Shown here in pieces: positions 49,404 to 59,550 of a stretch of 64,000 nucleotides of DNA; position 1 is the stretch's first letter, and every line of letters starts with the position of its first letter. Source of the stretch: Planctomycetota bacterium (GTDB lineage: Bacteria > Planctomycetota > Planctomycetia > Pirellulales > UBA1268). Where the stretch lies: the NCBI GenBank assembly GCA_014238855.1, contig JABAAH010000009.1, forward strand, positions 8,292 through 72,291, read 5' to 3'. A model generated the notes under the pieces. The model saw only the letters and a list, made by a program, of their open reading frames with translations. It was not told where the DNA came from and searched no databases. The position numbers and the translations under genes were made by a program.

Positions 49404-50192
49404 TCACTTCGACTGGGCGAATAGCCATGTCAGGAAGTGCGGCTCATGATCGCAACGATCGTTACTTGTGTATGTCACACCATTTTTTGAACCAGGAATA
49501 AATTTTCCGGATACTCCGTGATTGTCTCCCTGCCAAATAGTGAACTTCATGTTGCCACCGATTTGTTTCATTTCGTTAAACACTTCTTTGTCTTTTTCAA
49601 TCGGACAGACACCGTCTTGGTCACCATGAAACGCCCAGATTGGAATATCTTTGATTTTTGGTGGGTTAATAAATGGCTCAGTACTTTTCAGTCCACTGCC
49701 AGCTGATGGTGCGGCAGCTGCAAAAAAGTCAGGGTCGAGCTGAATAAATATGTAGGTGCCGTGACCACCCATTGAATGTCCAAGAACATAGATTCGATCC
49801 ATGTCAACCGAAGGTAGAGTGTTGATAAGAGCTTTTATTTTTCTAAGATGCTCGGCGTTCCATAATTGATCCGCTTGCGGAGCAACCACATAGCACGGGT
49901 AGTCTTTTCGTCTTTGGTCCTCGCTCAGTTGGGAATTCCAGTCTTTGAGTTGTTTCTCATTGTCTTTCCCTCTGCCACCTCCACCATGAAGTGAAACAAT
50001 AACGGGATATTTTTTTTTGGCATTGAAAGATAGTGGCTGCATGATTCGGCAGGGCATGTCATCAAAAATCTGTGGCTCGTACAGATCTTTCCAGAATTGT
50101 GCAGCAGGTGCTGAGTTTGTGAGTCCGATCAACATGAGTCCGAGCATCATGAGTCCGAGGAATGAAATTCTGGTCGAGGAAGAAAATTTCAT
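49404..50192 (-). CDS. secreted alpha/beta-hydrolase esterase
   Basis: Signal peptide, SLHGGGGRG oxyanion region, nucleophile elbow GHSMGG, FHGDQDGVCP, GDNHGV (His). Confidence 0.75.
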   Translation of the reverse strand: MKFSSSTRISFLGLMMLGLMLIGLTNSAPAAQFWKDLYEPQIFDDMPCRIMQPLSFNAKKKYPVIVSLHGGGGRGKDNEKQLKDWNSQLSEDQRRKDYPCYVVAPQADQLWNAEHLRKIKALINTLPSVDMDRIYVLGHSMGGHGTYIFIQLDPDFFAAAAPSAGSGLKSTEPFINPPKIKDIPIWAFHGDQDGVCPIEKDKEVFNEMKQIGGNMKFTIWQGDNHGVSGKFIPGSKNGVTYTSNDRCDHEPHFLTWLFAQSK

Positions 50193-50261
50193 AAGATCAT
50201 CTCTTTGCTTGTTTGTTTATCTGTTAAGAAATTTGGTTGTCTTTGAGAAGCAATCTTTTGT

Positions 50262-51959
50262 TTACTGGTTCATTGCAGGACGGTCCCAATCATGAGGGAC
50301 ATATCCATTCGGTTTTTTTGGCTTTTGAACCTCGATAATTTCCGCCTTGGGGTCAAAAAGCGGCCAGTCGTCGGTGCGAAAGGGTGAAGCTGGTAATCCT
50401 TCCACATTGTAAAGCAGATTGCGTTGCGAGGGATTCATTGCCCATGCATAGCGAACTGCAACAGGGTCGACGACATCTGGCGAAGAAACAATAATCTTGT
50501 TGCCTTTGATTTTTGCAACCGCCCAGTGCCATGCTCGATCACTACCAGCAATGGCAAAGGCATTGAGGCCTGTTGGACGGGCTGCCCGCAGGCCAGACCC
50601 TACGGATACAAATTCAATAAGGACCGTTCCATTGTGTACGGTATGGCTGCGATATCGCGGCCCTTCACCAATCACATTTTTCCCATATGTATTCTGTAAC
50701 GCAATGAGAGCGTGCCGAATACCAATTGGCTTTTTGTTTTTTGGATGAAGCTCAACTGTGTCTCCTGTATCAATAGATACAGCCATGAAAGTGTTCGGAA
50801 TGTTTTCTCTTGCAAGACGCATGGCCTCACGACTTACCACCCAAGGTGATTCCAGTCCTTCGACTGGCTCGGATTGTGGTGCATGCCAGCTCGGCAGTTG
50901 AGTTATTTGAAATGGAAAATTTTCTGGCATGTGGCCTTTTGATTTTTGGTTCCAGTGCTTGCGATAAAACTGGATAAGTGTTTCAAGTTGCTGTTGATAG
51001 CGCATAGCTTGAGGCACATTCTTTGAATTCCGTTCTCCCTGATACCAGATGATTCCACGGATTCCGTACGGGGTGATTGGTTCCACCATGGCGTTAAAAA
51101 TGTTCGACGGAAATTGATGGCCAAGAGTGGCTGGACGTGTGATGATTGGTGGTGAGAGCGGTCTGAACTTGTTTTTCATTGTTTCGCCCGCATCAACTTT
51201 TGTGTTGTAGGTCGCGAGTTCAGATTCGAATGCTTTCAATGCTTTCTCAGCTGTTTCGCCACGTTTCTCAGCCAGTCTCAATGCTGTGCTTTCAAGCAAT
51301 TCTTTCAATGCTTTCGAGTGGCTGTCATTTTGTTGTTGCTTCCAAGGGAGCCAGCCTTCGATTGGCGTTCCTGCATAAGCCCGTTGAATAATACCAACGG
51401 GAATTCCGAGATCTTGGTGCAACTTTTTCCCGAAATAATAAGAAACAGCAGAAGTTTCCATGGCAGCTTCCGACGTACAGGCTTTCCAACAACAGAGTCT
51501 GTCACGGTTTTCCTCAAGCGGTTTGTGCCAATGCTCTCGGGCTGATTTAAAAATCCTGAGATCTTTCATGTCAGCCGCCGCCTCACCACCAGATTCAAAA
51601 CTATTTCCTGTAGACCAACCCATGTTGGATTGCCCAATACAAAGCCAGACTTCACCTACAGCAACGTTTCTTATAGAAATCACATTCGTACCATTTATTT
51701 TTATCGAGTGGCCTGTTCCATGTGTTGGCGTTTTAAGAAAAACGTACCACTGCCCATCGCTATTCGTAAGTGCGGATGCACTGTCGCCCCAGCTTGCCTG
51801 AACGACAATTTCTTCATTAGGCTGTGCCCAGCCCCAGATGCTGTTCATCTGATTCTGTTGCAGGATCATGTTGTCTGAAAAGAAACGAGGAAGATGAACC
51901 TCAGCGAAGCCAGTGTTCGCGGCAACTAATGAGATGCAAAGCGTGAGTACGTATTTCAT
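50262..51959 (-). CDS. sialate O-acetylesterase-like SGNH carbohydrate esterase
   Basis: Signal peptide, N-terminal beta-sandwich, WLCIGQSNMGW catalytic block, WYQGERN, about 560 aa as in sialic-acid 9-O-acetylesterase family proteins. Confidence 0.8.
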   Translation of the reverse strand: MKYVLTLCISLVAANTGFAEVHLPRFFSDNMILQQNQMNSIWGWAQPNEEIVVQASWGDSASALTNSDGQWYVFLKTPTHGTGHSIKINGTNVISIRNVAVGEVWLCIGQSNMGWSTGNSFESGGEAAADMKDLRIFKSAREHWHKPLEENRDRLCCWKACTSEAAMETSAVSYYFGKKLHQDLGIPVGIIQRAYAGTPIEGWLPWKQQQNDSHSKALKELLESTALRLAEKRGETAEKALKAFESELATYNTKVDAGETMKNKFRPLSPPIITRPATLGHQFPSNIFNAMVEPITPYGIRGIIWYQGERNSKNVPQAMRYQQQLETLIQFYRKHWNQKSKGHMPENFPFQITQLPSWHAPQSEPVEGLESPWVVSREAMRLARENIPNTFMAVSIDTGDTVELHPKNKKPIGIRHALIALQNTYGKNVIGEGPRYRSHTVHNGTVLIEFVSVGSGLRAARPTGLNAFAIAGSDRAWHWAVAKIKGNKIIVSSPDVVDPVAVRYAWAMNPSQRNLLYNVEGLPASPFRTDDWPLFDPKAEIIEVQKPKKPNGYVPHDWDRPAMNQ

Positions 51960-52413
51960 GATGAGGACTTCAACCTAAACTGTGGGCGGACAGAATTTTT
52001 GACTCGTAATACGCTAGCAGATTGAGGAAAAGAGTTAAAACACGATGACGGTTCTCAAAATACCATTGTTCTACAGGGTTTCTCTCGCCATATTGTCTCA
52101 TGAAAATACCCTTTCTTTTTTTAGAATTGAGTATGTCCGAGTTCATTTTTTCGATTATGTATGTTCTTGTTTCATGCTTTCCGAGGACTTATCAGTTCAT
52201 GCTCGATTGATACCGAAACATATGCTGCCAGTGGTTGATGACGTACTGTTGTAAGATTCTCGAAGTGATAGCCATTTTATGGTGGGAGTTCGACGCTTCG
52301 CGTCAGAAGAAACACACAAAAGTAGCAGGGGTAGACGGTTCTTATAATCCGTAGCGCCTGGAATAAGATCTTTAAACGATTGTGGAGAGAACATCTCCTG
52401 GATTGGTCAACAC

Positions 52414-53889
52414 ATGATTATGCGTCTTTTGTTTTGTTGTGCCGTGGCACTGAGTTCAGTGGTTGGTAGAAGTCAACCGAACGTACTGTTTATAGCAGTC
52501 GACGATTTGAGACCAGAGCTTGGTTGCTTTGGTTGTGAACATATTCATAGCCCACACCTTGATAAACTCGCTTCCCAAGGCACTGTGTTTTTAAATGCAC
52601 ACTGCCAACAGGCAGTATGTTCGCCTTCTCGCACAAGTTTGATGACAGGCCTACGTCCCGATTCGACAAAAGTTTGGGATCTTAATACACATTTCCGGGA
52701 TCATGTGCCGGATGTTGTCACGATCTCTCAGCATTTTAAAAATCACGGATATAGATCGATAAGTATGGGCAAGATATATCATGGTGGTTTTGATGACGAG
52801 CAGTCGTGGTCAGAGCCAGCACGTAAGCCCGATACAGGAACACGATATGTTCTTGAAAAAAATCTTGTACAAATGAATGCGAAGAAGCAATCTGCAAGAG
52901 AGAAAGGCTTGAAAGGGAAGGACCTTAGTAGAGCAAGTCGAGGTCCTCCTACTGAATCCGCAGATGTTGATGATGAAACTTACTCTGATGGCGCTCTTGC
53001 AACACTCGCTGTGAAAACACTGCAGGAACTTTCATTAAGGGATCAGCCATTTTTCTTAGCCGTTGGTTTTCAAAATCCTCATCTCCCTTTCAATTCACCG
53101 AAGAAGTATTGGGATCTTTATGACTCTCAAGTTGTTGGTCTGGCTGCAAATCCATTTCCGCCTAAAAATGCTTACAGTAAGGCCTTGGCAACATTTGGTG
53201 AACTGCGGAACTACGAGGGAATACCGAAAAAGGGTCCCGTCAACGATGAGACGTCGAGAAAATTGAGGCATGGATACTATGCAGCAGTGAGTTTTATTGA
53301 CGCGTCTATTGGTCGAGTGCTCAAGGGACTTGAACAGGCGGGATTGTCTGAGAATACGATTGTAGTTGTTTGGGGTGATCATGGTTGGAAACTCGGAGAG
53401 CACGGTTCCTGGTGTAAGCATTCGAATGTTCAATTGGATACACGTTCACCACTAATCGTAGTTGCACCACAGCAGAAAGCTGTTGCTGAAAAGCTTACTG
53501 TGCCGGTTGAGTTTGTTGATATCTACCCAACGCTTTGTGATCTTGCTGGTCTGGAAAAGCCACAACAGCTTGAAGGCGACAGTTTTGAGGTGCTTCTTCA
53601 CTCCCCTAGTTACCCATGGAAGCGTGCTGTTTTCTCACAATATCCACGTGGCAACATTATGGGTTACTCAATGACAACTGATCGTTTTCGGTATACAGCT
53701 TGGGTAGATCAAAAAAAAGATAACAAGCTTGTGTTTGCAGAGCTTTACGATCATTTAAAAGATCCACAAGAAAACGAGAACGTTGCTCAGAGTTCTGAAT
53801 ATTCAGCAGATATCAGGCGTCTTCAGCAATGGCACGCCGAAGGGTGGGAGGGGACTCGCCATGTGTTGAATTCACGGCAGGAAGATTGA
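52414..53889 (+). CDS. S1 sulfatase, iduronate-2-sulfatase-like
   Basis: Signal peptide, [16 protein letters not shown], active site CSPSRTSLMTGLRPD, WGDHGWKLGEH. Confidence 0.88.
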   Translation: MIMRLLFCCAVALSSVVGRSQPNVLFIAVDDLRPELGCFGCEHIHSPHLDKLASQGTVFLNAHCQQAVCSPSRTSLMTGLRPDSTKVWDLNTHFRDHVPDVVTISQHFKNHGYRSISMGKIYHGGFDDEQSWSEPARKPDTGTRYVLEKNLVQMNAKKQSAREKGLKGKDLSRASRGPPTESADVDDETYSDGALATLAVKTLQELSLRDQPFFLAVGFQNPHLPFNSPKKYWDLYDSQVVGLAANPFPPKNAYSKALATFGELRNYEGIPKKGPVNDETSRKLRHGYYAAVSFIDASIGRVLKGLEQAGLSENTIVVVWGDHGWKLGEHGSWCKHSNVQLDTRSPLIVVAPQQKAVAEKLTVPVEFVDIYPTLCDLAGLEKPQQLEGDSFEVLLHSPSYPWKRAVFSQYPRGNIMGYSMTTDRFRYTAWVDQKKDNKLVFAELYDHLKDPQENENVAQSSEYSADIRRLQQWHAEGWEGTRHVLNSRQED

Positions 53890-53906
53890 GGAGAACAAGT
53901 TTGTCC

Positions 53907-55556
53907 TCAGGGTTGCAAAAGATGGTGGAGTTCATTCGATAAACGCTGAGATTCCTTCTGATGAGAATCTGCAATATTCATTGTTTCATGTGGGTCGTTA
54001 CGGTGATCGTACAGCTCTTGGAATATTGGCTCCGCATTGCGATCACGATTGTCTCGCCATTCGATATACCGGTAGCGATTGTCTCGAAGGCTGTATCCCA
54101 TGAGATGTTGTTCGAAGAATTCTCTTTCCCACCGGCTCACTTGTTGTTTTATAATTCGCTCTTCAACTTTTTGTATTAACGGTCCGAAGAATGTTTCTCG
54201 CATTTGGGGTGATAGTGGATTGGCTGCCCACTCACGAAGTGCCGGCGTCGGAAATTGACTCATGGCGAAATCCTTTATTGTTGCATCTGGATCATGAAGC
54301 ACTGGAACAAGGCTCTTGCCAGCAAGATGATTTGGCCGTGGGAGGTGTGCGAGTTCACAAAGTGTCGGGTAGAGATCAAGTAATTCAACAAGGCTATGAG
54401 AAGGCTCACCTCTTTGTGACATTGTGGGTGTCCAAATAATAAGTGGGACGCGGGTGGCTATTTCGTAATTTGTAGCTTTTCCCCAAATACCAAATTCTCC
54501 AAGATGCCAACCATGGTCTCCCCAGACAACGATTATCGTATTGTCTCGTTCATGTGTTTTTTCCAACGCAGAGATAATGCGTCCAATTTGTGCATCGACA
54601 TAGCTCACACATGCGTAATAACCATGAAGGAGTTCCTTGGCTAGAGATGTATCAAGCGGTCCTGCTTTAGGTATCCCATGTCGTGTGCGGAGTTCAAAAG
54701 ATGCATGGAGACCCATGGAGGCTCCGCCTTGCGGTGGTTGTGAGATATTTGTGAGTTGAATTTGTTCCGGAGTGTAGAGGTCGAAATATTTTTTTGGAGC
54801 ATGAAAGGGAAGGTGTGGGCGAACAAATCCAACCGCAAGAAACCACGGCTTGTCCTGTTGCACTAAGTCATCAAGCGTTTGTATTGCGACGCTCGTATTA
54901 TATCCGTCGAGATAACCGTCGTCATCGACCAGCCCAGCCTCGTAGGCGGGACCATGAATCAGACCTCGAGAAGAGGCTTCACCGTAAAGTGCAACCATAC
55001 GTTCTCTGTTTTGGGCAAAGATTTTTTGATTTTCAGGCATCGCATTGCCGCCTGGCGTTATCGGACGAATGAGACCCTCTCTGTTTGGACGGTAATTCCA
55101 TGAATGTTTTTCATCTGTCATGCGTCCATGGAATATTTTGCCGCTGTACGTGGCGTTATAGCCGTGAGCAATGAAGTGTTCTGGCAGAGTCACAATGTCC
55201 GGGTTGAGATCACGAAAATAAGCAGTGTTCTCAATGACGCCAATTGAATCAGGGCGGGATCCAGTGAGAAGGCTTGCTCGCGATGGTGAGCAAATAGACT
55301 GCTGGCAATACGCACGATGAAAACACCGTCCCTGTGTCGCCAGTCTGTCAATGTTTGGGCTATGGATATGAGTGTTGCCGTAACAGCCAAGTTCTGGGCG
55401 TAAGTCATCAACCGCAATAAATACAATGTTTGGTTGGCTACTTTTCTGAGCATGGCAGGCGTTGTTTTCAATGAAAAGGAAGTGAGTGAGTGCCAAGCAG
55501 AAGTATGGGATCGCGCGATTGAAATGTGAGAAAGAGGATTGAAAGAGACATCGCAT
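53907..55556 (-). CDS. S1 sulfatase, iduronate-2-sulfatase-like
   Basis: NIVFIAVDDLRPELGC, active site CSPSRASLLTGSRPD, WGDHGWHLGEF. Confidence 0.88.
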   Translation of the reverse strand: MRCLFQSSFSHFNRAIPYFCLALTHFLFIENNACHAQKSSQPNIVFIAVDDLRPELGCYGNTHIHSPNIDRLATQGRCFHRAYCQQSICSPSRASLLTGSRPDSIGVIENTAYFRDLNPDIVTLPEHFIAHGYNATYSGKIFHGRMTDEKHSWNYRPNREGLIRPITPGGNAMPENQKIFAQNRERMVALYGEASSRGLIHGPAYEAGLVDDDGYLDGYNTSVAIQTLDDLVQQDKPWFLAVGFVRPHLPFHAPKKYFDLYTPEQIQLTNISQPPQGGASMGLHASFELRTRHGIPKAGPLDTSLAKELLHGYYACVSYVDAQIGRIISALEKTHERDNTIIVVWGDHGWHLGEFGIWGKATNYEIATRVPLIIWTPTMSQRGEPSHSLVELLDLYPTLCELAHLPRPNHLAGKSLVPVLHDPDATIKDFAMSQFPTPALREWAANPLSPQMRETFFGPLIQKVEERIIKQQVSRWEREFFEQHLMGYSLRDNRYRYIEWRDNRDRNAEPIFQELYDHRNDPHETMNIADSHQKESQRLSNELHHLLQP

Positions 55557-56280
55557 AAGAGGTTTCCATTATGAAGGCGGTGCTTTGTTTAAGAATTCAA
55601 ATTACTAAATGGCAAGGTGGGAATGCAAAAAAATAAATGGACATCAAGTATGCTGCACGAAGCGGGGGCCGTAATCAGTGCTAGGAAGTGTTTCTCGTTG
55701 AACAATATCGAGCCATCAGATTACTTAGTAGGTGGTAGGGGCAAGGGAAGTTTGACATTGCCCTCGTAGAAGCATCCCTACTGCTGGCGTTTGCTTTTCT
55801 AATTTAAATAACGCCAACATGAAAATGTGTTCTGTATGGTCAATTGTCCGTAAGGCAAACGATCGGATTTGAGAAGTGTCTCAATCGATATTTAATACGT
55901 ACTTTACGTGGGATAATAAAGTACTTTCTTCAGCCGTTCGGAAAGTCACGAGACTGTTGAATGGACTCTTCTGAATGGTCTCTTTGCATTTGTCGTGAAT
56001 TCGATGAGGCACTTTGTGAACGTAGCGTCTATACGGATAAGCCAGCTGCTTCTACTGTTTTTCTGGCAAGGTGGCGGCAACGTTTTGCAGGAGGTAATGA
56101 CCCGTCTGTCGGGCAGTATAGATAAAAACCGTTTGCTCGAGTTGTTCTCATGGAATTCTTCCCGAGAACGAGGATGCCTGTGGAAGGAAACTCGAGTCTT
56201 GGTACAACAGGTACTTGTGGGTAAGACGTAAGCTCGCGAGAGATTATACCGAAGGAAAGTAGTGAGGAGTGGCTCAGAGT

Positions 56281-57498
56281 ATGGCAAAAAAAATCAAGGT
56301 AGTTGGCCCAGTAGTTGAACTCGATGGGGATGAAATGACCAGGATTATCTGGGAGTTTATTAAGGAAAAGCTGATCCTTGAGCACGTAGATATTAATCTG
56401 CGTTACTTTGATCTATCCGTGCAAAGTCGAGATGCGACTGGCGATCAGATTACCATTGATGCAGCGCATGCCATAAAAGAGTGTGGTGTGGGTGTGAAAT
56501 GTGCGACCATTACACCGGATGAGGCAAGAGTCGAAGAGTTTGGTTTGAAAAAGATGTGGCGAAGTCCGAATGGTACGATTCGCAACATTCTTGGAGGAGT
56601 TATTTTTAGAGAGCCCATTATCATCGGTAATATTCCAAGATTAGTCCCAGGTTGGACGAAGCCAATTGTTGTTGGTCGTCACGCATTTGGTGACCAGTAT
56701 CGTGCGACGGATCTCAAGATCCCAGGGCCCGGCACACTAACATTAACGTACGCTCCAGCTGATGGGTCTGAACCAATGGAAATGAATGTCTATGACTTCC
56801 CGTCCAGTGGTGTAGCCTTGGCAATGTATAACCGTGATGATTCAATACGTGACTTTGCTCGTGCAAGCTTTCGGTATGGTTTGGCAAGAAACTATCCTGT
56901 TTATCTTTCGACCAAAAATACCATCTTAAAAGCGTACGATGGCCGCTTTAAAGACCTGTTTCAAGAAGTTTTTGATGCTGAATTTAAAGAGGAATTCACA
57001 GCGAAAGGCATTTCTTACGAACATCGTCTAATTGACGATATGGTCGCATGTGCCATGAAGTGGGAAGGTGGTTACGTCTGGGCATGTAAAAACTACGACG
57101 GTGATGTGCAAAGTGATATCGTTGCCCAAGGATTTGGTTCGTTGGGGCTCATGACTAGCGTATTAATGACACCTGATGGAAAGACGGTTGAGGCAGAAGC
57201 CGCTCATGGAACTGTAACAAGGCACTATCGCCAGCATCAACAAGGAAATCCCACAAGCACCAATCCAATCGCATCAATTTTTGCCTGGACTCGAGGTCTT
57301 GCGCATCGAGGCAAGCTTGATCAGACTCCAGATGTTACTGCGTTTGCCGAAACACTCGAGAAAGTCTGTATCGGAACGGTTGAACAAGGAAAGATGACGA
57401 AAGACTTAGCTCTTCTGGTTGGCAAAAAGCAGCCGTACCTGAATACGCAAGATTTTCTGGACGCCATCGATGAGAATCTGCAAGCTGCAATGTCTTGA
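56281..57498 (+). CDS. icd: NADP-dependent isocitrate dehydrogenase, eukaryote-like homodimeric type
   Basis: Start at the ATG at 56281 ([24 protein letters not shown]). [35 protein letters not shown] closely resembles IDH1/2-type enzymes. Confidence 0.93.
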   Translation: MAKKIKVVGPVVELDGDEMTRIIWEFIKEKLILEHVDINLRYFDLSVQSRDATGDQITIDAAHAIKECGVGVKCATITPDEARVEEFGLKKMWRSPNGTIRNILGGVIFREPIIIGNIPRLVPGWTKPIVVGRHAFGDQYRATDLKIPGPGTLTLTYAPADGSEPMEMNVYDFPSSGVALAMYNRDDSIRDFARASFRYGLARNYPVYLSTKNTILKAYDGRFKDLFQEVFDAEFKEEFTAKGISYEHRLIDDMVACAMKWEGGYVWACKNYDGDVQSDIVAQGFGSLGLMTSVLMTPDGKTVEAEAAHGTVTRHYRQHQQGNPTSTNPIASIFAWTRGLAHRGKLDQTPDVTAFAETLEKVCIGTVEQGKMTKDLALLVGKKQPYLNTQDFLDAIDENLQAAMS

Positions 57499-57589
57499 TG
57501 AGAACGACTCGCATGAAAATGCGTTCTGTGGAATCGTGCAGATGTTATAGGTGTGGGGAAGTATCTTATTGGCTTGGAAGGGTTGTCTG

Positions 57590-58360
57590 ATGAAATTAAG
57601 TGTGTGTGCTGTTGCGTTTAGGTGCTTGTCATCTTGCTGTATCGTATTGACCGTTGGTTTGGTTACCTCGCACTCTCCGACGGCGAACGAAGGCAATGCT
57701 TCGTGCCATCTCTTTATTCTGTCGGGGCAGTCCAATATGGCGGGCATGAGGCCAGAAGATTCTTTTATCCCGGACATTGAAAAAGTATTCGGAAAAGAAC
57801 ATGTTCTGGTCGTGAAAGATGCACATGGAGGACAACCCATTCGACGGTGGTACCGTGAATGGGAAGCAGCAGACGGTAGTCGTCCTGATTCAACGGGAGA
57901 TCTGTACCAGCTTCTGATGGACAAGGTTCAGGCAGCAATCATTGGCAAAGAAATTCAGACAGTTACTTTTGTTTGGATGCAAGGAGAACGAGACGCCGCT
58001 GAAAAATGTGGAGAGATCTACACGGCAAGCCTTGAAGGTCTCCTTCAGCAGTTATCCAATGATCTTAAGCGAGACGACATAAATGTTGTCATTGGTCGTC
58101 TTAGTGACTTTGATATGAAAAATGCAAAATATCCTCATTGGACACTGATTCGGGAGCAACAAGCAGCTTTTTTCCAGAATGGTCCACGACGTAGCCTGGT
58201 GAATACCGATGACTTAAATGATGGAGAAAATCGTCGTGGGAAAAAAATTAAAGATGACTTGCATTACTCAGCAAGTGGATACGTCGAATTAGGCAAACGA
58301 TTTGCTCAAGAAGCCATTCAGTTGATTGAGGCTTCAGATGGAGTCGGTGGAGGCAGGTAG
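57590..58360 (+). CDS. SGNH carbohydrate acetylesterase (sialate O-acetylesterase/DUF303-like, short form)
   Basis: Start at the ATG at 57590 (MKLSVCAVAF... signal peptide). FILSGQSNMAGM, WMQGERD, DLHYS. Confidence 0.75.
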   Translation: MKLSVCAVAFRCLSSCCIVLTVGLVTSHSPTANEGNASCHLFILSGQSNMAGMRPEDSFIPDIEKVFGKEHVLVVKDAHGGQPIRRWYREWEAADGSRPDSTGDLYQLLMDKVQAAIIGKEIQTVTFVWMQGERDAAEKCGEIYTASLEGLLQQLSNDLKRDDINVVIGRLSDFDMKNAKYPHWTLIREQQAAFFQNGPRRSLVNTDDLNDGENRRGKKIKDDLHYSASGYVELGKRFAQEAIQLIEASDGVGGGR

Positions 58361-58404
58361 TCGTGTGTAACGGGTTTGCATGCAACTTCGAAACGACAGG
58401 GACA

Positions 58405-59382
58405 ATGTGGATGATGAATTTATGTGTGAGAACCGCTGGGGTTGTTCTGTTGTTTTGGAATGTATTTGACTTGCATAAACAGACCGTATGTCATGGTTCC
58501 GAACCCAGTGTTCCTGCGCGGCGTGTTTTGGTCATTGGGATAGATGGTGTCAGGCCTGATGCACTTCAGAATGCGAACACACCAGCCATTGATCAGCTCA
58601 TTGCAGCCGGTGCGTTTACAAAAAATACAAAAATTCTTGGTAATCGTTACTGCGAAAATGAAACAATTAGCGGACCGGGTTGGTCGAGTTTTCTCACGGG
58701 AGTATGGGCTGATAAGCACGGTGTTGACGACAATACATTTCGTGGCAGAAATTATGACGCGTATCCACATTTTTTCGTGTATTTAAAGCGGAAGTTTCCG
58801 AACGCTGTTACCGGTTCTTTTGTTGATTGGGAGCCGATAGACACATACATCGTTCGTGATGCAGATGTCCGGGAAGTGCGTCCGGCATCGAGTAAAAATT
58901 CTTTGGAACAAAAGGATGAGATGCTTGCTGAAGCGGCCGTTCAATTTCTAACCCGGCAGGACCCTCATGCAGTCTTTGTTTATTTTGGTCAGGTTGACGA
59001 AATAGGTCATCAGGACGGATTTCATCCAAGTGTGCCAAGTTATTTGCAGGCTATTCAGACCGTGGATTTACATATTGCAACCCTAATAAGGGCAATTCAA
59101 TCACGATCAGATCACGTTCAAGAAAATTGGCTTATTATTATTTCTACAGATCACGGAGGTCGTGGTCGAAAGCACCGTGGCGGTCACGATGTTCCTGAAA
59201 TTGTTACTACTTTTTTGGTAGTCAGTGGTGAGACTTCCATGAAAGGCGAGATTGAGGAGCCTTCTTACATTGTAGATGTGCCCGTAATAGCACTCACGCA
59301 TCTTGGTGTTCCAATCGAAGGTGCGTGGCAACTCGATGGTAAAGCTGTAGGGATAAGGCAAGAGTTCCTGAATGATCAATAG
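58405..59382 (+). CDS. alkaline-phosphatase-superfamily nucleotide pyrophosphatase/phosphodiesterase (NPP-like)
   Basis: VLVIGIDGVRPDAL (metal Asp), nucleophile region ETISGPGWSSFLTG, VDEIGHQDG, STDHGG. Signal peptide. Start ATG 58405/58411/58414 uncertain. Confidence 0.75.
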   Translation: MWMMNLCVRTAGVVLLFWNVFDLHKQTVCHGSEPSVPARRVLVIGIDGVRPDALQNANTPAIDQLIAAGAFTKNTKILGNRYCENETISGPGWSSFLTGVWADKHGVDDNTFRGRNYDAYPHFFVYLKRKFPNAVTGSFVDWEPIDTYIVRDADVREVRPASSKNSLEQKDEMLAEAAVQFLTRQDPHAVFVYFGQVDEIGHQDGFHPSVPSYLQAIQTVDLHIATLIRAIQSRSDHVQENWLIIISTDHGGRGRKHRGGHDVPEIVTTFLVVSGETSMKGEIEEPSYIVDVPVIALTHLGVPIEGAWQLDGKAVGIRQEFLNDQ

Positions 59383-59550
59383 GATTTTTCGGAACCGCTA
59401 GTACCAAAGACGACGTTCGCGCAAGTCGTAGTTGTTTTCTGCTGGTCATGCACTACAGTTCTTGTAGTTTTCACTCAACTACGTGATACTCATATCTTCA
59501 CAGTCGTACACTTGGGCGAAAACGCCCCTAACAGAAGTCTTTACTTTCTA

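Noticed and set aside
55940-55950. GGAAAGTCACG, resembling the RNase P RNA CR-I motif (GGAAAGUCCGG).
   Set aside because: The match is only partial, and none of the other conserved RNase P regions or the P4 pairing partner are visible nearby.
55946-56385. 113-aa and 118-aa minus-strand ORFs and a 78-aa plus-strand ORF in the region upstream of icd.
   Set aside because: They overlap one another on both strands, are basic and Ser/Arg-rich, and have no motifs. One runs antisense into the icd start. I treated them as non-coding (see the finding on this spacer).
57406-57924. 172-aa minus-strand ORF spanning the icd 3' end and the SGNH esterase 5' end.
   Set aside because: It overlaps two well-supported plus-strand genes, and its translation is not protein-like.
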